Assembly (NCBI GenBank): GCA_045806925.1
Contig: JBJMII010000102.1
Span: 1,478-65,477, forward strand
Length of the DNA stretch: 64,000 nucleotides
Reading direction: 5' to 3'
From: Mycobacteriales bacterium
GTDB lineage: Bacteria; Actinomycetota; Actinomycetes; Mycobacteriales; CADCTP01
A program made the position numbers and the translations under genes. Of this stretch, positions 42,690 to 51,871 are shown one piece after another; within the stretch, counting starts at the first letter, position 1, and every line of letters starts with the position of its first letter. The notes under the pieces were generated by a model. That model saw only the letters and a list, made by a program, of their open reading frames with translations, made no database searches and was not told the origin of the DNA.

Positions 42690-45535
42690 CAGGCTCCTAA
42701 TGGGGCCGCCGCCTCCGGCAGGCAGGCGAAGCGCACGGTCTCCGCGACCGTCCGGCTGCGTCCTCGCTCCCGGGCCAGCTCGAAGTCGGCCGGGTCCAGC
42801 TCCCGCCGCACCCGGTCGACCGTCCCGGCCAGCCGGACCTGGTCCACCGGCGCGGGCACGGCCTCGGCCGCCTGCCGGAGCAGCTCCGCGGCGGCCAGCA
42901 GCGTGGCCGCCCGGACCGGGTCCCGCGCGGCCATCGCCAGCAGCTCCAGCGTGCTGGCCAGCCGGCCCCGGTCGCCGAGCTGGTGGAACGTGACCAGCGC
43001 GGCGACCAGCGCGGCCGTGGCCACCGCCGGGCTGCCGTCCGCGAGCGCGAGCCGGCCGAGCGCGAGCTGGGCCCGGGCGGTCCCGGCCGGGACCCCCAGC
43101 TGCCGGAGCCGCTCGCTCGCGTCCGCCAGCAGCGCCCTGGCGACGGCGTGGTCGCCGTGCACCGCTGCCAGCTCGCCGCGCTGCAGCGTGGCGGTGGCGA
43201 GCCCGGTCGCGTCGTCCAGCGCCAGGTAAAGCCGCGCGGCCTGGTCCAGCAGCGGGTACGCCGCCTCCGCTCGGCCGGTCACCGCCTCCAGCTCGGCCAG
43301 CAGGATCAGGTACTCCGCCGCCGCGTGCAGCCCACCGCCCGCCTGCGCGGACCGGAGCGCCCGACGGTAGAGGCTGGTCGCGGCGGCGTACCGGCCGCGG
43401 CCGGCGGCGAACGAGCCGAGCACGGCCAGCTCGCGGTGGGTCGCCGGCCGCTCGGCTGGCGGCCTGGTGCCGGTGTCCGGGCGCGACCGGTCCAGGATCG
43501 CGGCCAGCTCGGTGGCGGCGCCGACGTGGTCCCGCGCCACGAACCAGGACATCGCCTCGCGCAGGTTGTCCTCCTCCGCGGCGACCGCCTCGGGGCCGGC
43601 CGCCGGCGCCCACAGCCGGAAGTACGCGGCGTGCCGGCGGCGGCGCTCGGCCAGCCCGCCGCAGCTCTCCAGCCGGTGCCGGGCGAACTGGCGCAGCGGC
43701 TCCAGCAGGCGGTAGCGGACGGTCCGCGCGCCCGGCTCCACCATCACCATCGACTTGACCGCCAGGTCGGCCAGCAGCCCGAACGCGTCGGTGTCCCGGC
43801 CCGGCCGGGTGCAGACGCCGGCGGCGGCCGCCGCGGTGAAACCGCCGGCGAAGACCGACAGCTCCTGGAACAGCCGGCGCTCGTCCGGCTCCAGCAGCGC
43901 GTAGCTCCACTCCACGGCCCGCCGGAGCGTCCGGTGGTCCGGTCGGCCGGTCCGGCTGCCGCCGGTCAGCAGCCCGAGCTGGTCGTCCAGCCGGGCCGCC
44001 ACCTCCTCGATCGGCAGCGCGTCGAGGCGGGCCGCGGCCAGCTCGATGGCCAGCGGCACCCCGTCCAGCCGGCGCACGATGTCCTCGACGTACGGTGCCA
44101 GCCGGGAGGTGACCGCGAACCCGGGCCGGGCGGCGGCCGCCCGGTCCAGGAAGAGGGCGGTCGCGTCGTCGCAGTGCGCGCCGACGGCTGACCGGGGGCC
44201 GGCGCGCGGCGTCGGCAGCGGGGTGAGCCGCATCCGGTGCTCGCCCGGCACCGCGAGCGGCTCCCGGCTGGTGACCAGCAGCCGGATGCCGGGGCAGCCG
44301 GTGAGCAGCCGGACCGCCAGCCCGGCGCAGGCGTCGACGAGGTGCTCGCAGTTGTCGAGCACCACCACCGCGGCTCGGCCGCGGAGCTGGTCGACCAGGT
44401 CGCCGTCCGGCCGCAGGCCCAGCTCGGCGGCGACCGCCCCCGGCAGCCGGGCCGGGTCGGCCACCCCGGCAACCTGGACGAGGTGGGACGCCTCGAACCC
44501 GGGCTGGTTCAGCACGTGCTGGACCAGCCGGCTCTTGCCGCAGCCCGCCGGGCCGGTGATGGTCAGCAGCCGGATCCCGGCGATCAGCTGGAGCACCTCG
44601 CCGGCCTCGCGGACCCGCCCGACGAACCGGGTCAGCTGCTCGGGGCCATCGCGGCGGTCCGGCTCGGCCGCGGCCGCCGGGGTGTGCCGGGGAACCGTCG
44701 CGACGGCGCCGGTGGACCGCGGGGCGGCGCGGGTGGTCGGCCGGCCGATCCGGTGCGCGCGCGGCGCGGCCACCGCCCGCCGCTCCGGCGCGGCCAGGTC
44801 GAGCGCGGGGTTGCGGTCCAGCACGGCGGCCTGCAGCTCCTGCAGCTCCCGGCCGGGTTCGATGCCGAGCTCGGTGACCAGCGCCCGGCGGGCGTCCCGG
44901 TACGCCAGCAGCGCCTCGCCCGGCCGCCCGGCGCGGTAGAGCGCGAGCATGAGCTGGCCGCGCAGCCGCTCCCGCAGCGGGTGCTCGGCGACCAGCTGGC
45001 GCAGCCGGTCCACCAGGTCGGCGTGCTCGCCGAGCTCCAGGCCGACGTCGGTGCGCTCCTCGACCGCGCGCAGCCGTCGCTCCTCCAGCTGGACGCCCTC
45101 GGTCCGGCGCAGGTGGTCGGAACCCACGTCGGCGAGCGCCTGCCCTCGCCACAGCCGCAGCGCCTCGTCGAGGACGGCCGCCGCCGGCGCGGCGCTGCCG
45201 CCGGACCGGAGCGCCCTCGCCCGCTGGACGAGCGCCTCGAACCGGTGCAGGTCCAGGTCCTGCGGCGGGACATCCACCAGGTAGCCCGGCGCCCTGGTCC
45301 GGATCACCTGCGGCCCGAGCGCCCGGCGCAGCCGGAGCACGTACGTCTGCAGCGTCACCCGCGCGGTCTTCGGCGGCAGGGCGCCCCACAGCCGTTCGAC
45401 CAGCCGGTCCGTGGAGACCACCCGCCCCGCGTCGAGCAGCAGGGCTGCCAGCACCGCACGCTGCATCGGTGCGATGATCGGCAGCGGCTGCCCGTCCCGG
45501 GCGACCTCCAGCGGACCCAGAATCCCAAACTGCAT
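42686..45535 (-). CDS. Large SARP/AfsR-family regulator (OmpR-type winged helix + BTAD + NB-ARC-type ATPase + TPR)
   Basis: MQFGILGPLEV...RLWRGQALADV...LMLALYRAGRPGEAL (SARP/BTAD), ITGPAGCGKSRL (P-loop) and VVLDNCEHL. The C-terminus contains TPR-like repeats. GGAGAG RBS before ATG 45535. A TTA Leu codon sits at 42698-42700, four codons before the stop. Confidence 0.85.
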   Translation of the reverse strand: MQFGILGPLEVARDGQPLPIIAPMQRAVLAALLLDAGRVVSTDRLVERLWGALPPKTARVTLQTYVLRLRRALGPQVIRTRAPGYLVDVPPQDLDLHRFEALVQRARALRSGGSAAPAAAVLDEALRLWRGQALADVGSDHLRRTEGVQLEERRLRAVEERTDVGLELGEHADLVDRLRQLVAEHPLRERLRGQLMLALYRAGRPGEALLAYRDARRALVTELGIEPGRELQELQAAVLDRNPALDLAAPERRAVAAPRAHRIGRPTTRAAPRSTGAVATVPRHTPAAAAEPDRRDGPEQLTRFVGRVREAGEVLQLIAGIRLLTITGPAGCGKSRLVQHVLNQPGFEASHLVQVAGVADPARLPGAVAAELGLRPDGDLVDQLRGRAAVVVLDNCEHLVDACAGLAVRLLTGCPGIRLLVTSREPLAVPGEHRMRLTPLPTPRAGPRSAVGAHCDDATALFLDRAAAARPGFAVTSRLAPYVEDIVRRLDGVPLAIELAAARLDALPIEEVAARLDDQLGLLTGGSRTGRPDHRTLRRAVEWSYALLEPDERRLFQELSVFAGGFTAAAAAGVCTRPGRDTDAFGLLADLAVKSMVMVEPGARTVRYRLLEPLRQFARHRLESCGGLAERRRRHAAYFRLWAPAAGPEAVAAEEDNLREAMSWFVARDHVGAATELAAILDRSRPDTGTRPPAERPATHRELAVLGSFAAGRGRYAAATSLYRRALRSAQAGGGLHAAAEYLILLAELEAVTGRAEAAYPLLDQAARLYLALDDATGLATATLQRGELAAVHGDHAVARALLADASERLRQLGVPAGTARAQLALGRLALADGSPAVATAALVAALVTFHQLGDRGRLASTLELLAMAARDPVRAATLLAAAELLRQAAEAVPAPVDQVRLAGTVDRVRRELDPADFELARERGRSRTVAETVRFACLPEAAAPLGAC

Positions 45536-45660
45536 GCGTCTCTCCGACGGAGCCGCCCGGCCGACGACCACACGGTAGTTAAGTCATGACTCAGTGTCAG
45601 ACCGCTCTTCCGTCCTGCTAGTGGGCGTCTAGCGTCGATCCCGCGCGTTTGACCGGCGTG

Positions 45661-46920
45661 CTACTCGACGAAGGCCCAGGACACCCCGCCGCCGCGGGAC
45701 GCGTTCACCACCGGCGACGCGGCCGAGCCCCGCACCAGGAGCCCGCTGGACCGGTCCCCGTACACGTACATGCCGAGCACCAGGTGGTGCGGCGCCTGCC
45801 CGCCGCCCGCACCGGACAGGTCCACAGTGGACGTCGGCACCCGCTGCTGGCAGGCCCACGTCTCGACCCCGTCGGCCAGCAGCAGCCGGCGCAGGTCGTC
45901 CCGGGAGCGGTCGGCGCCGAGGAAGACTCCCTCGCCGCCGTAGGAGTAGCTGCGCTTGAAGACGTACCCGTCCTTGTCCGCCAGGGCCGCGTCCACGGTG
46001 TCCCGGCTCAGGTCGAAGGTGTGCGGCAGGTACCGGACGACCGCGGCCCGCTCCCGCTCGTCGAGGAGGACCTGGTAGCGCGGGTCGCACAGCAGCGAGA
46101 ACCACCGCCGGTGCATCTTCAGCTCGGCCTCGAACATGCACGTGACGGTGGCACCGCTGTCGCGCACCGCGGCGAGGAATGCGCCGCCGTCGGCGACGTC
46201 GCCCAAGGTGACCAGCCGGTGGACGAGCGTGCGTCCCGCCTCGCCGGCCCGCAGCCACCGGTCCGGGTAGCTCAGCTCGTCGCAGTACGCGATCTCCAGC
46301 TCCGGCGCCATCAGCCGCAGGTAGTCCTGGAGGGCTCGGTGCTCGCCGTACCCCCACTGCCGGTGCCGGGACGAGTCCAGCACGACCACCCGGGTGAGCC
46401 CGGCCCGCCGGCACTCGGTCACGTACAGGTGCGCCAGCTCCCGGAACGGCGACACACCGGAGACCGGCCGGCCGAGCAGCTCGGCGAACGTCCGCGCGCT
46501 GTGGTAGCACTCGCCGCCGCCGACCCCGGAGAAGTGGTTGAGCTCGCAGAAGTAGTAGCCGGAGTCGGTCGGCACGATGTCGGCCCGCAGCATCCGCAAC
46601 CGGCTCGATGCCGCGTCCGCCCAGTCCAGCCGCGACGCCATGTCCGGTGGCACCCGGAACATCGCCACCAGCTCGTCCGGGGACCGGGTCGAGCAGAGCT
46701 GGCGCAGCACCTTCTCCTGCGCGCCGACCAGCGCGTCGGTGGCCCGGACCAGCTCGTCGTACGTCGCCGCGTCGACCCGGAAGTAGCACGGCAGCGAGCG
46801 GTACGCGACGCCGAGGTCCGCCAGCACCCGGTCCGCTCCGCGGGCGGCCATCGCGTGGTCGGCGGCATCGGCGTGCCGACGCTGGTCGGCCAGGAACGTG
46901 CGGTTGTAGCCGGCGAACAT
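45661..46920 (-). CDS. Glutathionylspermidine-synthase-like (pre-ATP-grasp / ATP-grasp) amide ligase
   Basis: 419 aa. MLRADIVPTDSGYYFCELNHFSGVGGGE resembles the R.D...G....E.N.D.P block of GSP_synth-type ligases. ATG 46920 directly abuts the MFS stop (TGAATG). Confidence 0.6.
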   Translation of the reverse strand: MFAGYNRTFLADQRRHADAADHAMAARGADRVLADLGVAYRSLPCYFRVDAATYDELVRATDALVGAQEKVLRQLCSTRSPDELVAMFRVPPDMASRLDWADAASSRLRMLRADIVPTDSGYYFCELNHFSGVGGGECYHSARTFAELLGRPVSGVSPFRELAHLYVTECRRAGLTRVVVLDSSRHRQWGYGEHRALQDYLRLMAPELEIAYCDELSYPDRWLRAGEAGRTLVHRLVTLGDVADGGAFLAAVRDSGATVTCMFEAELKMHRRWFSLLCDPRYQVLLDERERAAVVRYLPHTFDLSRDTVDAALADKDGYVFKRSYSYGGEGVFLGADRSRDDLRRLLLADGVETWACQQRVPTSTVDLSGAGGGQAPHHLVLGMYVYGDRSSGLLVRGSAASPVVNASRGGGVSWAFVE

Positions 46921-48459
46921 TCAGGGCCCTTCCTGGCCCGGTAGCCGGGCCGGTCCGGCCGGGCGGCGGCCCGCGGCGTACGCCACCGCGAACGCGGCGG
47001 TGAGCAGCCCGAGCAGCAGGAACGCGGCCGCGAACGTGCCGTGCAGCGCCGCCATCCGGGCGGCGCCGCCATCCGGCCCGGTGGCGAGCCGGTGCCGGGT
47101 CTCCAGGAACACCACGAAGGCGGCGCAGGACGCGGCGCCGACGGACCCGCCGAGGCTGCGGGCCAGGTTGAACAGCAGCGACCCGGACGGCGCCTGGGCC
47201 GAGGTCAGCGACCGGGTGACCAGCAGACCCAGCGCGGCGAGCAGCAGGCCGGCGCCGACCGACCGGGCCACCTGCGCGACGATGATCTCCGGGCCGGTCG
47301 GCGACTCGCCGGCGAGGAAGGGCACCAGCGCGCTCAGCGCGAAGATCGCGGCCCCGGCCACCGACACCAGGTGCGGGTCGACGCGCCGCAGCAGGATCGG
47401 CAGCGTCAGCGCGACCGCCAGCTGCACCACGCCGCCGTAGAGCGAGACCGTCCCGATCTCGCCGACCGAGTAGCCCAGCGTCGTGAGGTAGTAGGGGATC
47501 AGGAAGTAGCTGGCGTACACCGCCGCCCCGACGACGAGGTTGAACGAGCAGGTGCGCAGGAAGGGCAGCTGGCGCAGCAGGCGGAGGTCGACCAGCGGCC
47601 GGCGGGTCCGCAGCTCGGTGCGGACGAACAGGGCGAGCATCGCCACCGCGACGGCCGCGGCCAGGGTCACGGCGGCCGAGGTGAACCAGCCCCGCGCGTT
47701 GCCCGAGTCCAGCACGTACTGGGTGCAGTACAGCCCGACCACGGCGGCCCCCACGCTGACCAGGCTCACCTTCCGGCCGAGCGGGGAGCCGGCGGCCGGC
47801 ACCATCCGCAGGCCAGGCACGCCGAGCCAGAGGGCGACCGCCCCGACCGGCACCGACACGTAGTAGAGCGCCCGCCAGCTCGACCACTCGGCCAGGGTGA
47901 TGCACAGGACGGGCCCGAGCACGCCCGAGCCGGTGACGATGAAGGAGAAGGCGGAGATCGCCTTCGGCTGCTCCCGGCCCTGCATCAGCGCGACGATGAG
48001 GTAGTAGGCGAACGGCATGATCGCGCCGCTGGCCGCGCCCTGGACGATGCGCGCCACCACCAGGCTCTCGAAGCTCCACGCGTTCGCGCTCAGCAGCGCG
48101 CCCGCGACGAAGCAGGACACCAGCAGGACCAGGTAGGTCCGCGGGTGGAACACGCGGGTCAGGTAGGCGCTCAGCGCGAGGGTGACCAGCTCGGCGGTGG
48201 CGTAGGCGGAGATGACCAGGGCGCCCTTCGCCAGCGGCGCGCCGAGGCTCTGCTGGATGCTGCCCAGGGCGGTGCTGGTCATGGTCAGGTCCATGACCGT
48301 CATCGCCGCGGCGACGATGCTGCCCAGCACGGCCCGCCAGCGGTAGGCCGCCGGCACCGTCGTGGCCGGCCCGGCCGGCTCCACCGGGGTACCGGCCGCC
48401 GGGGTGCCCGGGGCCGGCCGGCGGCCGGGCCGGTCGGACGACCCGGACCCGGTCAGCAC
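46921..48459 (-). CDS. MFS transporter (drug:H+ antiporter-like, about 14 TM)
   Basis: The sequence is hydrophobic throughout, with the MFS signature region ARIVQGAASGAIMP. The proposed GTG 48459 overlaps the upstream stop (GTGCTGA). Confidence 0.75.
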   Translation of the reverse strand: MLTGSGSSDRPGRRPAPGTPAAGTPVEPAGPATTVPAAYRWRAVLGSIVAAAMTVMDLTMTSTALGSIQQSLGAPLAKGALVISAYATAELVTLALSAYLTRVFHPRTYLVLLVSCFVAGALLSANAWSFESLVVARIVQGAASGAIMPFAYYLIVALMQGREQPKAISAFSFIVTGSGVLGPVLCITLAEWSSWRALYYVSVPVGAVALWLGVPGLRMVPAAGSPLGRKVSLVSVGAAVVGLYCTQYVLDSGNARGWFTSAAVTLAAAVAVAMLALFVRTELRTRRPLVDLRLLRQLPFLRTCSFNLVVGAAVYASYFLIPYYLTTLGYSVGEIGTVSLYGGVVQLAVALTLPILLRRVDPHLVSVAGAAIFALSALVPFLAGESPTGPEIIVAQVARSVGAGLLLAALGLLVTRSLTSAQAPSGSLLFNLARSLGGSVGAASCAAFVVFLETRHRLATGPDGGAARMAALHGTFAAAFLLLGLLTAAFAVAYAAGRRPAGPARLPGQEGP

Positions 48460-49316
48460 GGCCCGCGGTCGGCCGGCCCGCCCGGCCCGCCGTCGCCCGG
48501 CGCACAGTCGGCCGGGCCGGTGACCTTCCGGCCCCAGGCGTACACGGTGACCGACCGGATGTCCCGGAAGCCCGGGGTCCGGCACAGGGCGAGCACCGCG
48601 TCCACGTCCGGCCCGGTCAGCAGCCCGCGGTCGACCAGGTAGCCGCCTTCCTGGCGGATGTTCGCCACCGACAGCCGACCGTACGGGCCGGGCTCGCCGA
48701 GGCAGTTGGCCCTGGTCAGCACGGCGACGTCGCGCAGGCCGGCGCGCGCCAGCTGGGAAGGCAGGGTCTGGGCCCAGGACATGTCGGTGCCCTGCGCGCG
48801 CCAGGCCGCCTCCAGCGCGGTGAAGAACCGCCGGACCGGCTCGTGCACCGAGCCCGCCGCCGGCAGGCACAGCGGGTCGCCGATCACCAGCCAGCCGCCC
48901 GGCGCCAGCCAGCGGACCGCCGCGGCGACCACCGACTCCCGCTCCGCGAGATGGCAGAACGTGCACCGGGAGTGCACCAGGTCGAACGAGCCGGGCGGGA
49001 GGTCCAGCGCGCCGACCTCGCCGGTACGGACCTCGAGGTTTCCCGGCGCCTCGCCGGCGAGGTAGCGGGTGTCGCTGTCGACCGCGACGACGCCGCCGTC
49101 GCGGCACTCCGCGGCCAGCCACCGCGCCACCGAGCCGGCGCCGGCCCCGATCTCCAGGCACCGCCACGAGGGGTCGAGCCCGATCGTCCGGAGGACGGCG
49201 TGGGTGTCGGGGTCACCCCACGCCTCCAGCAGCCGCAGCCGCTCCAGCTCCCCGGGGCTGTCCTTGCTCAGCGCGCCCTCGGAGTACGCGGTCGCCAAGC
49301 TCACCTCTCGACTCAT
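48453..49316 (-). CDS. Class I SAM-dependent methyltransferase
   Basis: CLEIGAGAGSVARWLA motif I and LAPGGWLVI. AGGAGA precedes ATG 49316. Confidence 0.8.
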   Translation of the reverse strand: MSREVSLATAYSEGALSKDSPGELERLRLLEAWGDPDTHAVLRTIGLDPSWRCLEIGAGAGSVARWLAAECRDGGVVAVDSDTRYLAGEAPGNLEVRTGEVGALDLPPGSFDLVHSRCTFCHLAERESVVAAAVRWLAPGGWLVIGDPLCLPAAGSVHEPVRRFFTALEAAWRAQGTDMSWAQTLPSQLARAGLRDVAVLTRANCLGEPGPYGRLSVANIRQEGGYLVDRGLLTGPDVDAVLALCRTPGFRDIRSVTVYAWGRKVTGPADCAPGDGGPGGPADRGPC

Positions 49317-50772
49317 GATCTCCTGCCTGACTCGTGGGAGCCGCGGCCAGCGGAGGCCGCCGGTGACGCTGGCCCAGCTCGGCTTCCAGCACCGCGGCGA
49401 CCCTCAGCACGGTCGCCTCGTCGAATCGTCGCCCGACCAGCTGCAGGCCGATCGGCAGGCCGTTGCGGGCGACGCCGGTCGGCAGGGACACCGCCGGGTG
49501 CCCGGACACGTTGAACGGGATGGTCTGCATCTCGCTGGCCAGCTTCGGCGGCGGCCAGTCGTCCGGGAAGTCGGCGAACCGCGCCGCGGTGGCCTGCCCG
49601 CACGCGGTGACCAGGACGTCGTGGCGACCGAAGGCCAGCTGGTCGAGCGCCCGGGTGAGCCGCCGCCGGACCTCCCGGGCCCGGAGCAGGTCGGCGGCCA
49701 GCACCCCGGCCCCCGGCAGCACCCGCTGGTAGGTGAACCGGCCGAACGAGCGCGGCCGCCGCCGCAGGTCGTCCTCGTGGACCGCGAAGGCCTCCGCCGC
49801 CATGATCACCCGGCCGCACGCGTTGAACAGGTCGTAGTCGGGGAGCTCGACCTCCTCGACGGTCGCGCCGCCGTGCTCGAGCACGGCGAGCGCCCGCTCG
49901 ATGGCGGCGACGATCTCCGGCATCGTGGCGGGGTCGCGGGCGTACCAGCCGGGGGAGTGGGCGACCTTCAGGCCGGCCACCCCGGCGGACAACCCGGCCA
50001 GGTAGTCGGGCACCGGCACGTCGCCGGCCCGCGGGTCAGCCGGGTCAGCCGGGTCGGCACCGGCGATCACTCGCAGGGCCGCCGCCGCGTCGGCCACCGT
50101 CCAGGCCAGCGGTCCGAAGTGGTCCAGCGTGACCGACAGCGGGTGCGCGCCGCGGCCGGGCACCCGGCCGTACGTCGGCTTGAGCCCCACCGCGCCGCAG
50201 TGGAACGCCGGGCCGCGGATCGACCCGCTGGTGTCGGAGCCGACGGCGATGGGGACCAGCCCGGCGGCCACCGCGGCGCCCGCTCCCGAGGACGAGCCGC
50301 TGGGCACGTGGTCCGGGCTCCAGGGGTTGCGCGCCGGCGGGAAGGGCAGGTCGAAGCTGGGCCCGCCTACGGCGAACTCGTAGGTCGTCAGCTTCCCGAG
50401 CAGGACCCCGCCGCCGGCGCGCAGCCGGTGCTCGACCGCGCTGTCCCGGGCCGGTACGTCCTCGACGGTCAGCCAGGAGCCATTGGTCGTCGGCAGCCCG
50501 CGCACGTCGAAGATGTCCTTCAGCGCGTACGGGATCCCGTGCAGCGGCCCGCGGTCCAGGCCGGCACTCAGCTCCCGGTCGGCCCGGGCGGCGCGCCGCA
50601 GCGCCAGCTCGCCGGTCACCAGGACGAACGCGTGCAGCGTCGGCTCCAGCCGGTCGATCGCCGCCAGCGCGTGCCGGGTGAGCTCCACCGACTTGAGGTC
50701 GCCGGAGCGCAGCAGCTCGCCGGCGTCGCGGACCGACAGCTCGCCGAGCGCCGCCGCCGCCGCGTCAGGCAT
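49213..50772 (-). CDS. Amidase-signature (AS) family amidase
   Basis: GIPYALKDIF (catalytic Lys region), SGSSSGAGAAVAAG and GSDTSGSIRGPA (Ser-cisSer). The reading frame runs 104 nt into the downstream methyltransferase gene. Confidence 0.8.
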   Translation of the reverse strand: MPDAAAAALGELSVRDAGELLRSGDLKSVELTRHALAAIDRLEPTLHAFVLVTGELALRRAARADRELSAGLDRGPLHGIPYALKDIFDVRGLPTTNGSWLTVEDVPARDSAVEHRLRAGGGVLLGKLTTYEFAVGGPSFDLPFPPARNPWSPDHVPSGSSSGAGAAVAAGLVPIAVGSDTSGSIRGPAFHCGAVGLKPTYGRVPGRGAHPLSVTLDHFGPLAWTVADAAAALRVIAGADPADPADPRAGDVPVPDYLAGLSAGVAGLKVAHSPGWYARDPATMPEIVAAIERALAVLEHGGATVEEVELPDYDLFNACGRVIMAAEAFAVHEDDLRRRPRSFGRFTYQRVLPGAGVLAADLLRAREVRRRLTRALDQLAFGRHDVLVTACGQATAARFADFPDDWPPPKLASEMQTIPFNVSGHPAVSLPTGVARNGLPIGLQLVGRRFDEATVLRVAAVLEAELGQRHRRPPLAAAPTSQAGDHESRGELGDRVLRGRAEQGQPRGAGAAAAAGGVG

Positions 50773-51871
50773 CCGGCGCCTCCGTCCCGGCTCCGCCGGC
50801 TCCGCCGGCGCTCGGCCCGGCCTGGCGCAGCAACGTGGTCATCTCCCGCAGCGCCCGGTAGCCGTGCAGCACGCCGCCGGCGAGGTCGGCCGGCACGTCC
50901 AGGTCCAGGCGCCGGGTCAGGACGTCGAGCTCCCGCTCGGCCGCGGCCGGGACCTGCCCCAGGTGGGCGCAGGTGATCAGGTCCAGCGACGCGCAGCCGG
51001 TCGAGCTGAAGACGGTCCGCCGCCGGTCCAGCCCGGCGGCCGCGGGCGACTCCAGCGCGTCGAGCTCGATCGCCGTCCGGTGCAGGTCACCGGCCTCCGC
51101 GACCGCGGTGGCGCGGTCCTCGACGATCAGCACGCTGCTGCGCAGGAGGTCCGCGTCCAGCTCGCGGGACCCGACCGTGTGCGCGCCCATGCAGTTGACG
51201 TGCACGTGGTCGGACAGGTCCGGCGAGATCGGCAGCGGGGCCGCCGACGTGGTCGCGGTGGCGAGGATGTCGACCCCGCGGCTGGCGTCCGCCGCCGAGC
51301 CGCACACGACCACCCTGGTGCCGTCGCCCGCGGCCTGCGCGACGTGGCGGCCGAAGGCCGCGGCACGGTCGGCCGTACGGGAGTAGATGCGCACCTCCTC
51401 CAGGTCGCGCACGGCCGACACCGCCCGGTACTGCAGGCGCGCCTGCACGCCGGCACCGATGATGCCGAGCACCCCGCCGGCCGGCGCCGCGCACCGGTCG
51501 GTCACCAGGGCCGTCACCGCCGCACACTTGAGGTTGGTCACGACGGCGCCGTCCATCACCCGGAGGACCCTCCCGCTCCCCGCCGCGAAGACCGACACGA
51601 CCGACGTTACCGTCGTGTCCCTGCCGCCAACGCTGTCCGGGACAATTGTAGCAGTCTTGTTTATGAACAGGTCGTAGTCGGGCGATACGGCAGGCATGGA
51701 CACGTACTTCCGACCGGTCGGGTCCTCGACGACCTCGCGGCGCGGGACGGTCATGCGCCGGACGGCGCCGCGCCGCAGCGCGGCGCTCATCTCAGCGGCC
51801 AGCGACCGGACCAGGTCCACGGAGGGCTCGCCGGGGGAGGCCGGCGGGCCGGGACCGCCGGCCGCCCTCAC
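50765..51871 (-). CDS. Ornithine cyclodeaminase / mu-crystallin family NAD(P)-dependent enzyme
   Basis: GIIGAGVQARLQ Rossmann motif, with family-typical length and blocks. GTG 51871 overlaps the upstream stop (GTGA). Confidence 0.7.
   Translation of the reverse strand: MRAAGGPGPPASPGEPSVDLVRSLAAEMSAALRRGAVRRMTVPRREVVEDPTGRKYVSMPAVSPDYDLFINKTATIVPDSVGGRDTTVTSVVSVFAAGSGRVLRVMDGAVVTNLKCAAVTALVTDRCAAPAGGVLGIIGAGVQARLQYRAVSAVRDLEEVRIYSRTADRAAAFGRHVAQAAGDGTRVVVCGSAADASRGVDILATATTSAAPLPISPDLSDHVHVNCMGAHTVGSRELDADLLRSSVLIVEDRATAVAEAGDLHRTAIELDALESPAAAGLDRRRTVFSSTGCASLDLITCAHLGQVPAAAERELDVLTRRLDLDVPADLAGGVLHGYRALREMTTLLRQAGPSAGGAGGAGTEAPDA

Noticed and set aside
41045-42700. The lower-G+C island, considered as an identifiable mobile element (IS, integron or prophage remnant).
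   Set aside because: I found no transposase, integrase or recombinase homology, no terminal inverted repeats and no flanking direct repeats. Only TA remnants are present, so mobility remains a hypothesis.
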